Below, in pieces: positions 1 through 8,980 of a stretch of 64,000 nucleotides of DNA. This DNA is from Candidatus Hydrogenedentota bacterium (GTDB lineage: Bacteria > Hydrogenedentota > Hydrogenedentia > Hydrogenedentales > SLHB01). The position numbers and the translations under genes were made by a program. The stretch is from assembly GCA_963668025.2 (NCBI GenBank), contig CAXXTH010000017.1:576001-640000 (forward strand). Direction: 5' to 3'. The notes under the pieces were generated by a model. That model had not been told where the DNA came from, made no database searches, and saw only the letters and a list, made by a program, of their open reading frames with translations. Each line of letters opens with the position of its first letter. The stretch's first letter is position 1.

Positions 1-118
1 TTAGACGGGGGGTGGCGAGGCCGACAGGCGACAGGAGGGGCAGCGGCTGTGCGTAAAGCCGGTGAATGGATGGGCGAGACGTGTAGGGCGGCGGCGCAAC
101 CGGGAACGCGCGGGCGCC

Positions 119-1555
119 CTATGCGGAACTGAAGCGGATCTGGATGGCCTCGGTGCAGAGGGCGTCATATTGTTCGCGGGACAGGGTGGCGTTGCGCAGG
201 GCTTCGAGGAGGCGATGGGCAAGGTTTCTGGCGGAGCCAAAGCCTTTTGGAAAGTGGGCGGCCAGAAGGCTGCCATCCTCCAGGAGTTGCATGAGCAGAT
301 GGGCTATCTGCATCAAGAGGTAGTAGATCTTACTGGCCTGTTCGTTTTGGGTATAGGCGTGTTCGAGGTTGTAGCCGCCGTTTTTCTGCACGTTGAATGC
401 TTCATTTTCAATCTTCCAGCGTAAGCGTCCTCCTTCATTGGCCAAGGCGGCCGCATTGTGCGCGGATACGGATACGTTGGTCACCCATTTGAACTTGGTT
501 TTCTTTATCATGCCTTCCGCGTCCGGGCGGGTGTCCACGCATTCGAGCACGGACAGGATGTGTTCACGCCGCTCGGAATCGCGGTAGGGGATGTCGTTGA
601 CCCAGCGAAACTGCTGGTGGATTTCCTTCTTGTTGCCGCAACGCCACGTAAGCTGGTTTTCGGGCGTCGCGGCCGCGAGGCTCTCGAATTCTTCGTTCAC
701 GGTGGCCAATTGGCCGTCCGTGAGCGTAATCATGAACTTCCAGCCATATTGCTGGCACAGCCGAAACACCGGTCCCGTGGCGTACAGGCCGTCCATCGCC
801 AACAGCAGCGGCAAGCGGGGGAATCGGGCATGCAGGCGTGGGGCCAGCCGGTAGAAGGCTTTGGTCTCGCAATCCTGCTTGCGTTGTTGCTCGCTTTTCG
901 CCAGGTCTTTCTCTGGATTCTCAATGAACTCCGTCATGAGCGAAAAGACCCACCCGTTTGGCGTGACGATCTTGGACTCCAGCACGGGATGGTAGTAGGT
1001 GATCTTGCCGCTCTTGTGCTTGCGCGTGAGGCAATGGGCGCAGTGGCGATGATCATAACTGCGTGTCCCCGTGGCGTCGATGGCCGCCACGTAGTAGCGC
1101 CCGAACAGGCGGTGGGGGTACAACACCTTCTTGTCGATGAGCGTCTGCGTCATGCCGGAAACGAGTTCCTGGACCGCCTCGAACGGCAAACCGCGAAATA
1201 CCCCGTTCATCGTATCGCCATGCGGCACGCTGTCCACGTCAAACAAGACCTTGTACAGATGGACCATGAACGTCGTGTACAACTGCAGGCGGACTTGCCG
1301 GCGCGCCCCGAGCCGGCATGCGAACATCAGCACTCCCAAGAACACCAGCGACGCGACACTGTAGTCCACGTCGCCGGCTTGCTCGGGTTTGCGGGGATCG
1401 GGCAAGCCCGCAAAGCGCTTGCGCACCGGGCCAAAGAAGTGGGTGAACGTCCTCAAGAAGGCCCGGATGATTTCCGGATGCTCTTCTTGCGGGTTTGCAG
1501 GAACTGCCGTTGGGCCGCGCCCATGGCCTCGACGAGCTTCTTGAGCTTTTTCCAT
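119..1555 (-). CDS. DDE transposase (ISAs1-like/IS4 superfamily)
   Basis: N-terminal LPDPRK motif; DDE triad in AIDATG, AMDGLY and RWKIENEAFNVQK. Confidence 0.9.
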   Translation of the reverse strand: MEKAQEARRGHGRGPTAVPANPQEEHPEIIRAFLRTFTHFFGPVRKRFAGLPDPRKPEQAGDVDYSVASLVFLGVLMFACRLGARRQVRLQLYTTFMVHLYKVLFDVDSVPHGDTMNGVFRGLPFEAVQELVSGMTQTLIDKKVLYPHRLFGRYYVAAIDATGTRSYDHRHCAHCLTRKHKSGKITYYHPVLESKIVTPNGWVFSLMTEFIENPEKDLAKSEQQRKQDCETKAFYRLAPRLHARFPRLPLLLAMDGLYATGPVFRLCQQYGWKFMITLTDGQLATVNEEFESLAAATPENQLTWRCGNKKEIHQQFRWVNDIPYRDSERREHILSVLECVDTRPDAEGMIKKTKFKWVTNVSVSAHNAAALANEGGRLRWKIENEAFNVQKNGGYNLEHAYTQNEQASKIYYLLMQIAHLLMQLLEDGSLLAAHFPKGFGSARNLAHRLLEALRNATLSREQYDALCTEAIQIRFSSA

Positions 1556-1800
1556 TCCTCAATCCATTGCGCCACTTCGCGGCGCAATTCACGGGGCACG
1601 TGGAGGGTGCGGGTCTTCCCGCCCTCCTTCCACGTCAGCAGGGCCGTTTCATGGATCGGCCCTTCCTGGACGCACCGGCAGCGCGGGTTCCCGCAGCGGC
1701 TGCGGGTGATGGTGAGCGTGGCGGGAAGAAAGGGCCCCAGACGCGCCAGGCGCGCCTGGACCTTGCGTCCCGCCGAGTTCGTGACAGGTTTCCCTTCCAT
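1453..1800 (-). CDS. IS-associated accessory protein (DUF6788-like)
   Basis: RSRCGNPRCRC...GPIH...WKEGGKTRTLHVP pattern directly upstream of the transposase; ATG at 1800. Confidence 0.75.
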   Translation of the reverse strand: MEGKPVTNSAGRKVQARLARLGPFLPATLTITRSRCGNPRCRCVQEGPIHETALLTWKEGGKTRTLHVPRELRREVAQWIEEWKKLKKLVEAMGAAQRQFLQTRKKSIRKSSGPS

Positions 1801-2020
1801 GTACGGAAGTATATATACTTCCGTACCAGAAGTCAACAAAAAAAAGCGCCGATGCGAAGAAAAAACTCCCCGCACCGGCGCATCCTCAACTCATTCAACT
1901 GCTTCTACGCGAAAAAAAAGCGGTTCTTCACCGCTGCATGGCCCACTCTTCGCACCCATAATCCAGGCTTTTCAAGCGCGTCAGGTTGAACCGCATGAAG
2001 CGGGGAGATACAGTGCAAGC

Positions 2021-4804
2021 ATGAAACAAGCAGATGGGAATGAAGTGGAGCCATCCCGTGAAACTGCCCAGGCGGCAACGGGAAGCTATCCGATACTCGA
2101 CCCCGCCCAGTGGGTGCGCGCAGGCCTTGCGCTATTGATAGCGGCCGTGGTGCTTGCCATGTATCCCACTACGGGCGATTCGACAGGACCTATCAAAACG
2201 ATCCTTTTGAGCTGGGGAGTCTGCGCCTTGGCGGCGTTCTATGGCGTAGCGACAACCGCGCAAGGCATCTCCTGGCGGAAGCCCGGCCTGCTCCTGGGGG
2301 CGCTCATAGCCTTAGTGCTGCTTGCCCTGTCAGCGGCGCTGGCCTCGAACCACACGGGCTTCGCCCTTGTGGAGGTGCGGCGGCTGGCGGCGCTTGCTTT
2401 AGCCGCCTGTTTGGCCGGGCAAGTTTATCGCACCCGAGTCCAATGCGACGCCTTTCTCGCCACCGTGTGCTGCGCGGCAGCCGTAAACTCATTATACGCC
2501 CTGGGGCAATATGCGGGCGCGGATCCCTTTCCCTGGGCATATGAACACGGCGTTCTATACGCCCAACTCCCAGGAACCTTGGGCAATCCCAATTACGCGG
2601 CCCACCTGGTGGCCTTGGCCGCCGTGTTGTCCATCTATCTTTCCACCACGGAACGCTGGCGATGGTGCATCGTTTTCGCGCCGTTGTTCCTGGTGCATTT
2701 GCGTTTCACCGGCCAGCGCGGCGGCGTGGCCGCGTTGGCAATTGCATTGCTCGTGGCGGGCATCGCCATCGCAATTAAGCATACCCGGCGCAAGACAGCG
2801 ATCACCATGAAACGGCTTTTCGCTGGGGCGGGATGTCTGTGTTTGGCGGGCATATTGCTCGCCGCGGGTGGTTCCTATGCCAAATATGGCCGTTTGTATC
2901 CTTTAGACTCCAGCCTGCTCGAACGCTACAACGGCTATGTCAGCGCCGCTTCCATGGCGGCCAAACGCCCGCTCTTGGGCTTCGGGCCTGGCAGCTTTGT
3001 CATCGAGAATCCGCCGTTCTGGACCGCATACGAGCAGCTCCGTTTCGCCCTCAGCCGCGAAACCAATGCGCGCGTACATAATGACATCCTGGAATGGGCC
3101 GTGGATGCGGGCATACCCGCCGCAGGCCTGTATGTCCTGTTCCTGTCACTCATCGCCGCCACCGGATTATGGCTCTATTTTCGCGACACAGGCCCACGAG
3201 GCCGTTTGGGGCTTTGTTTCGCCGTTTTTGCGATAACCTTCACCGTGGATGGATGTTTTGGTTTTAATTTTCGTCTGCCCGCTTCCGCTTTGCTCCTCGT
3301 CGTGGTGTCTGGACAGGCGGCGGCTGCCATCACTTCCGAAAATGCGCTATTCCCCGCACGGCTGCGCGGCATGCGATGGGCTTTTCTGGCGGCCATACTG
3401 GCGGTTATAACAGCCATCGCCGTGGGCGATGCCCGGGTCTTTTTGAGCCAGCTTGCCTACACCCGGGCCGCGAGCAATGTCCGGCTGGGGAGGTATCGGG
3501 ACGCGGGCGAAGCGCTGGCCAAAGCGGAACAACTAGCGCCTTGGAAATGGAATTATTCGAGCGAACGCGGAAGCCTGCAACTGGACCACGGCAATCTCCA
3601 AACCGCCGCCGTACATTTCACCAAGGCCCTCGAAAAAAATCCTAACTCGCTCATGGCGCTGGCTAATCTGGCCAAAGCCTTGATGGAACAAGCCCTGGCC
3701 GGGCAAGGCCCGCTAGACGCCTCCCAAGCCCAGGCGCTCGATGCTTCCGCGCAAGCCATCCAGCGCGCATTGTCTTTATGCCCAGTTTTGCCAGCGGCGC
3801 TCGAACTACAGGGCCGGATTGAGTACGCCCTCACGCAACGAACCTTGCCGCCAGGCATACAGCCCCCCAGCGGCGTCACGCCACAGCCAGAGGCCGCCGA
3901 GAAACATCTGCGGCAAGCGGTCCAGTATGGCGTTGAAAAACCAGCGCCCCTATATCTTCTTATCGCACAAATACGGCAAAATGACGGAGATATAGCGGGC
4001 GCGGCACACGACGCCGCACGCGCCGCGGCCGTCGACCCGGCATCCAATCCCGCATGGGAATACTGGTTCTCGATTGCTTCACAGGCGAATGCCATCGATG
4101 CATTCGAACAGGCGCTGCAAGCGGAATGGGAAAAGGCCTCCCGAAAACAGCCGCCGCAAGAAACCCTCTTGGCGGTCACGGCGTACTGGCAGGGCCGCGC
4201 AGCCCAAGCCTTCCAACAAGATACAGCGTTAGCGGAATCCTGGTACGTCAAAGCACAGCACTATGCCCCCTACTGGCCCGTGGCATGGATGCCCTCCACC
4301 GAACTCGCGGACGCATCCGGCCGCCGCGATGCGCTCCGGGAACAGCTTAGGAAAGCCCTCTCCGCTATTCGCGGCACCCCGCCCATGCCCCCCGCCATGG
4401 AAGCCGTGCGCATTGTGTTCGAGGATAAAGAAACCGCCGAGGCCGCCGCCATTCTGCGCGCGGAACTGCCTGCAAGCAGCGCCCCTCGCGATCAAAGCCA
4501 GCTTGAGCAACTGGCATGGGCCGCCCAATGGGTTGAAGAGTCCCTAACGGATCATAGCGCGGAGCCAGCCAAAGGGGGCGCCGCCTATGTCAACCTGGGA
4601 CTCGTCTACGCCGCCGCAGGCCAGATGGAACGGGCGGATGCATGCCTGGGCCGCGCCGCCCTGTTTCTAGCCCAAACAGACCCAGCCCAAGCGCTTCCAG
4701 GAGGCGAAGATACCGCACGCCGTATCGAAGCCTGCGCGGCAGCTTGCCCTAGCCAGCCGGAATGGGCGTATCTTGCCGAACGATTCCGGGTGGAAACGAA
4801 ATAG
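2021..4804 (+). CDS. O-antigen ligase-family membrane protein with C-terminal TPR repeats
   Basis: GTLGNPNYAA, RGG, PLLGFGPGSF and HNDILEWAVDAG Wzy_C motifs, then TPR-like helices; ATG at 2021 after GGAG. Confidence 0.85.
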   Translation: MKQADGNEVEPSRETAQAATGSYPILDPAQWVRAGLALLIAAVVLAMYPTTGDSTGPIKTILLSWGVCALAAFYGVATTAQGISWRKPGLLLGALIALVLLALSAALASNHTGFALVEVRRLAALALAACLAGQVYRTRVQCDAFLATVCCAAAVNSLYALGQYAGADPFPWAYEHGVLYAQLPGTLGNPNYAAHLVALAAVLSIYLSTTERWRWCIVFAPLFLVHLRFTGQRGGVAALAIALLVAGIAIAIKHTRRKTAITMKRLFAGAGCLCLAGILLAAGGSYAKYGRLYPLDSSLLERYNGYVSAASMAAKRPLLGFGPGSFVIENPPFWTAYEQLRFALSRETNARVHNDILEWAVDAGIPAAGLYVLFLSLIAATGLWLYFRDTGPRGRLGLCFAVFAITFTVDGCFGFNFRLPASALLLVVVSGQAAAAITSENALFPARLRGMRWAFLAAILAVITAIAVGDARVFLSQLAYTRAASNVRLGRYRDAGEALAKAEQLAPWKWNYSSERGSLQLDHGNLQTAAVHFTKALEKNPNSLMALANLAKALMEQALAGQGPLDASQAQALDASAQAIQRALSLCPVLPAALELQGRIEYALTQRTLPPGIQPPSGVTPQPEAAEKHLRQAVQYGVEKPAPLYLLIAQIRQNDGDIAGAAHDAARAAAVDPASNPAWEYWFSIASQANAIDAFEQALQAEWEKASRKQPPQETLLAVTAYWQGRAAQAFQQDTALAESWYVKAQHYAPYWPVAWMPSTELADASGRRDALREQLRKALSAIRGTPPMPPAMEAVRIVFEDKETAEAAAILRAELPASSAPRDQSQLEQLAWAAQWVEESLTDHSAEPAKGGAAYVNLGLVYAAAGQMERADACLGRAALFLAQTDPAQALPGGEDTARRIEACAAACPSQPEWAYLAERFRVETK

Positions 4805-4806
4805 CT

Positions 4807-5772
4807 TCACATCGCGATGGCTATCCCCCCCAGCGCGCCCAGCAAAAATGCCGCCAGCGTCTTGGCAAGGATGCTGCTAAGAATGCAAAGAAACAGATAA
4901 GTAACGATCAGATGAAAGGGAAAATCCAGTCTCATCCAGAGATATGCCAGCACAAACAGAAATCCAAAAATCGGAATCATAAGCAATACATTTATAATAA
5001 TAGTAGATACCAACACCGACGCTAGATTCATGGCCATATCATCCGAAGGCAGCATCTTGGCCATGTGAAGCACCAAATATAAAGAAAGGAATACCGGTAG
5101 AAGCCGCATCGCGAAGCAAATGCCAAGAACTATAATATACACGGAAGCCGGCAAATCCTGCTCAGGCGCGTTAGCCATTTCGCCGCCGTGCGAGTATTCC
5201 GCCATGTTTTCCGGCTCGCTGAACAGGGCCACATATACCCCGAGCAGCATCACCAAAATCGCCGCGGTCCAAAGGGCTGCTCGAAACAGCTCCGGATGTC
5301 CTTTCGCAAAAGCAGGGATCTTCGGACTATCGTCCTCACTTTCGTTCAGCGGCGGCAAATGATGAAACGCTTGGGGCGGCAATGGTTGTGAGGTGATGAC
5401 TTCACCTTGGACAACGGTATACCCTTCTGGGCTGGACAAGCGGGAACAGATATGGCAAATCACACCGATATCGGTTTCATACCGGTCCCATTCCCCCCGG
5501 AACGGTTTGCCGCATCGGGCGCATGCCCCTCCCGCCACGCGAGGTGGAGAATCATTCGAGATGAATCCCTCCACCGCCGGATTTAGGCTTTGTGGCGCAA
5601 CCGCCACGGGGGCGGCTTGGCGCACCGGGGAAGAGGCAAAAGGCTGGGTATTCTCGCTGGTGACATCTAGGACACTGTGGCACTTGCTACAACGCCCTTT
5701 GGTCCCCATCGCATATTCCGGCACCCGCATCCGGTTGCCGCATTGGCCGCAAAATAGCACTAAATCCGACAT
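4807..5772 (-). CDS. Double zinc-ribbon membrane protein
   Basis: CGQC/CSKC and CARC/CHIC pairs, several C-terminal hydrophobic helices; GGAGGA RBS. Confidence 0.75.
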   Translation of the reverse strand: MSDLVLFCGQCGNRMRVPEYAMGTKGRCSKCHSVLDVTSENTQPFASSPVRQAAPVAVAPQSLNPAVEGFISNDSPPRVAGGACARCGKPFRGEWDRYETDIGVICHICSRLSSPEGYTVVQGEVITSQPLPPQAFHHLPPLNESEDDSPKIPAFAKGHPELFRAALWTAAILVMLLGVYVALFSEPENMAEYSHGGEMANAPEQDLPASVYIIVLGICFAMRLLPVFLSLYLVLHMAKMLPSDDMAMNLASVLVSTIIINVLLMIPIFGFLFVLAYLWMRLDFPFHLIVTYLFLCILSSILAKTLAAFLLGALGGIAIAM

Positions 5773-5929
5773 GTTCCTCCACTGCGAACCCGGGCTTCAG
5801 TGTAGCAAGGGAGGTGTCTGGCATGCAAACAGCGTTACAGGGCAATAACATTAACATGCCAAGAACCGGCTATCAGCGGCGCGACAGGCAAACAATGCCC
5901 CTAAATCGCAAGATGAAATATACGTTTCT

Positions 5930-5980
5930 CGTAGCATGGCCGTCTCGGCCATGCGGCATGGGCGGGACGCCCATGCTACG
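5930..5980. repeat. REP-like palindromic doublet, copy 1
   Basis: cgtagcatggccgtctcggccatgc...catgggcgggacgcccatgctacg; recurs at 29945, 36970 and 49499. Confidence 0.85.
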
Positions 5981-5984
5981 TTTT

Positions 5985-7913
5985 TTAATCCAGCGCGAGC
6001 ACAAACGTGCTTACACTGTGCCAGGCATTGTGCAGGAAAAGGGCTTCCCGCTGCGCGCCGGCTTTCTTGAAGCCCAGCGCCTCTAGAAATGCCTGGAGCG
6101 CGGGCTCCCGATCTGCGGCTTCGACCAGAATCCGGCGAAGGGATTGCTGTTTGCCCGCCTCGGTGAGGAGAAACCGGAATCCCTTGCGGATGCGTTCCTG
6201 GGCATACAGCGCTTCATCATGCAGGAAGATGCTGGCGCGCATGGCGCCCGTAGCCATATCTGGCGTCATGCGGACCAGGCCAATGGGCGCGCCGCCGCGT
6301 AGCGTGGCGACCATTTCCTGCACGAAAACTTGCGGGTGAAGGGCGTCCATCTCCCGCTCGTATTGCGTGGTCATCAATACGCAGCCCGGATGTAACACAA
6401 AATACGAAGCCTCGCTCCAGTTTTCCCACTTCACCAGCATCTCGGCGTCCGCTTCCGCGATAGGCCGCATCAGCACATTCAATTGGAGCGCGGCGCGCGC
6501 CATCGTGGCGAGGGAAAACAACGACGGCTTGGACGAGGCGTTCATGCCTTGATAAATCGGCGTGAAGTTGACCCCCTGGCCGGAAAGAATATTGAAGGCC
6601 GATACCGCCGAGGCCATCCACATGCGCTGCGCCTCGCACCAAGGCCCATGTGGTTTGCGGAAAGAGCCCGAAAGAGCTTGATGTACGGCGGCCGTCCCGC
6701 CGCCGCATAAATTGCGCGCCCAGCAGTTCCGGCACGCGGAAGTCGTGAGCGAGCCCACATCGTCATATCGCTTTAAGGCTTCTTCATCGACATGCCCGTC
6801 CACGATAGACCCCGCCCGGAATTCCGGCATCCCGAAAAAGCGCCAAGAGGGGTAAATGCCGCCGTCGGCGTCCACCGCGAGTTCATTCGTGCCGGTTGCA
6901 TCCGTACGGGCTTGCGGCTTGCCTTCGTGAATACGGTAAAACAATGCGGCAATGGGATCGAGCCGGAAATGGCGTCCCTTGGCGAGTTGTTCCGCATAAT
7001 ACACCGCCGACTGGCTTAATCCCGGCAGTATGGCGGCAGGTTCGAGCGCGGGATTGGCGATGAACGCGCCATCCAGATCGATCTCGATGACTTTGAAACC
7101 CGCCTTGTCCAGTTCCGGCACCACTCCGCCGTATTCCGGATGATTCGGCCGTACAACGATGCGCCCTGACACGCCTTCCGCGCCAGGCTGCAATACTTTC
7201 ACCAGGCGCGCCAGCGACTCCGTACTGCCTTTCGCCAAGGCATTCAAATGCGGCGCAATGCCGCTTGGATCTTGGAACGCCAGTTTGGCGGAAACGGTAT
7301 GGCCTTTCAGCGCTTCTGGCGGATTCGACAAGGCAATGTCCGCCACATGCACGACCGCACTCAGTTTTTTCCCCGCGAGCGAGGCGAGGCGTAGCGCATG
7401 GGCGCATAAACCGGCAAGCAATTCGGGCTGGCGCACGGCTCCCGGAACGATGAATTCGATAGCGAGTTCTTTCTGCTGTTCGGAGCGCGTGAGCAACAGT
7501 TCGACGGCTTCACGGCCTTGCTCGCGGGCGGAGTTCGACACCACCTGCACATCCTTGCCGAACCAGCCGCGCTTGCGCGGCGCTTCCACGGCATCCTCGC
7601 CCGGCAGCGAAACCGCTAAATGCTTGATTCCACGCTCCACGGAAAAGGTCTTCACGAAATCTTCTGGCGCAGGCTGCACTAGAATGGATTTGGTCGTGCG
7701 GAGCCACTCGAGTTCGCCCACGACTTCCGACAGTTCCTTCGGGTTATGTTGCTCCCCGAGCAGCCGGATGATGCGCGTCACGGACGCATCGGGGTAATAC
7801 TCGAGCACATCCCAGGAGATGCCGTCGCACTCGAAGCAGAAACAGGTTTCCGGGTCAATGGCAAACCGCTTGCCGCCCAGCTCGAACCGATGAATGCGTT
7901 CGCCCGCCATCAA
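5985..7913 (-). CDS. RRE + degenerate radical-SAM + SPASM + C-terminal GNAT fusion (putative peptide maturase scaffold)
   Basis: N-terminus IHRFELGGKRFAIDPET resembles the CteB/QhpD RRE; no CxxxCxxC; SPASM LAVDADGGIYPSW...CRNCWARNLCGGGT...C; C-terminal MRPIAEADAEML...LEALGFKKAG RimJ/L-like GNAT. Confidence 0.85.
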   Translation of the reverse strand: MMAGERIHRFELGGKRFAIDPETCFCFECDGISWDVLEYYPDASVTRIIRLLGEQHNPKELSEVVGELEWLRTTKSILVQPAPEDFVKTFSVERGIKHLAVSLPGEDAVEAPRKRGWFGKDVQVVSNSAREQGREAVELLLTRSEQQKELAIEFIVPGAVRQPELLAGLCAHALRLASLAGKKLSAVVHVADIALSNPPEALKGHTVSAKLAFQDPSGIAPHLNALAKGSTESLARLVKVLQPGAEGVSGRIVVRPNHPEYGGVVPELDKAGFKVIEIDLDGAFIANPALEPAAILPGLSQSAVYYAEQLAKGRHFRLDPIAALFYRIHEGKPQARTDATGTNELAVDADGGIYPSWRFFGMPEFRAGSIVDGHVDEEALKRYDDVGSLTTSACRNCWARNLCGGGTAAVHQALSGSFRKPHGPWCEAQRMWMASAVSAFNILSGQGVNFTPIYQGMNASSKPSLFSLATMARAALQLNVLMRPIAEADAEMLVKWENWSEASYFVLHPGCVLMTTQYEREMDALHPQVFVQEMVATLRGGAPIGLVRMTPDMATGAMRASIFLHDEALYAQERIRKGFRFLLTEAGKQQSLRRILVEAADREPALQAFLEALGFKKAGAQREALFLHNAWHSVSTFVLALD

Positions 7914-8905
7914 TACGCTCCCAGCGTGCCCTTATCGCGGCTCCAATTCTCACAATACCGGAAACAGGCAATCCCAATAGTGGTCCATAACATGCAACTG
8001 ATGAGAAAGAAGAAAAAGGACGGCTGATGGAAAACAGACGAGAAATAGGTCTTGTATTTATAGACCGGCTTCATCTCGGGCTTGCCTTCCGCATCCATGA
8101 CCGGCTTGCCCCGCTTGTCCAGCACAGTCTCCTGTCGGACAAGCATTTTTTGGCCATTCTCATCCAGCAGAAATTCCGGCGAGCCTTCGGCATCCAGCAC
8201 GGGCAGTTGCTGTCCGTCAATGAGGGTATAGCGCAGGCACCGGGATGCATCCGTGACGGGAAGGACGTGCGCCACGGCCCGTGCTGGTGCGGGCCACGCT
8301 TGCGGGCCTGTTTCGGAGAAGGTGGAAAAGGTGGCCAGCCCTATCAAGATAAAGCGCAGAATCATGGCAATCGGGCCGACATCCTTGAAGATCAAGACCA
8401 GGCCGCCCACCATGAAGCCAAAGCCAATCAGATTCAGATAGGTGAGGCCGAGCAGCGCCACCGTAGCAGCGGGCGCGAAATGGAGCGAGCCAGGCGCGAC
8501 AAAATGCGCCACCAAGCCGAGCATGATCGCTGAATTGGCGATGCTATTGACCGAGGAAACAAACGAACGCGCCAGGAAATTAACCACCAGCCCGTACGGG
8601 CTTAGGCAAACCTGTTCGAGTTCGCCCGTGCGCGCCATGCCTTGGATGCCTTGGGTGAACATGCCCACGATGCCAAAGGCGAATACGCCAATGAAGAATC
8701 CCAGTACGAGGCTGACATACCCGCTGAGGTTATCCAGGGCATTTGTACCGCCCAGCGTGATGACCATCTTCACCGCTCCGCCGATCATGGCGAAGCCCAT
8801 CGACAAGCCAATCAACGCCGCGAACCAATACCGCCGCATAATGATGAAGCTGCGGACCAATTCGGCCTTGAGTATGAGGAAAAATCCGCCTATCGCGTAT
8901 AACAC
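7910..8905 (-). CDS. ABC-2 type exporter permease
   Basis: Multiple TM helices, GELEQVCLSP motif, adjacent to the ABC ATPase; 4-bp overlap with the maturase gene. Confidence 0.85.
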   Translation of the reverse strand: MLYAIGGFFLILKAELVRSFIIMRRYWFAALIGLSMGFAMIGGAVKMVITLGGTNALDNLSGYVSLVLGFFIGVFAFGIVGMFTQGIQGMARTGELEQVCLSPYGLVVNFLARSFVSSVNSIANSAIMLGLVAHFVAPGSLHFAPAATVALLGLTYLNLIGFGFMVGGLVLIFKDVGPIAMILRFILIGLATFSTFSETGPQAWPAPARAVAHVLPVTDASRCLRYTLIDGQQLPVLDAEGSPEFLLDENGQKMLVRQETVLDKRGKPVMDAEGKPEMKPVYKYKTYFSSVFHQPSFFFFLISCMLWTTIGIACFRYCENWSRDKGTLGAY

Positions 8906-8980
8906 CTCTAATATGCCCTTTCCACTATTCTGTTTGCGCCGTGGCGGCCTGCTGCAACGCGGATACGCCGAAACCCGCGG

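Larger units (their letters stand above)
1..1933 (-). mobile_element. Insertion sequence (accessory ORF plus transposase); left end outside the window
   Basis: Two-gene IS layout; putative end near cggttcttcaccg at 1921-1933; matching IR not visible, so the boundary is approximate. Confidence 0.6.

Noticed and set aside
458-2020. 1448-aa ORF as a giant fusion protein
   Set aside because: The first ~520 codons are the antisense shadow of the IS; the real gene starts at ATG 2021.
5985-7913. Active thioether-forming (SCIFF/QhpD) radical SAM enzyme or anaerobic sulfatase maturase
   Set aside because: There is no CxxxCxxC or GGE motif, the AuxI cysteines are lost, and the peptides lack Cys.
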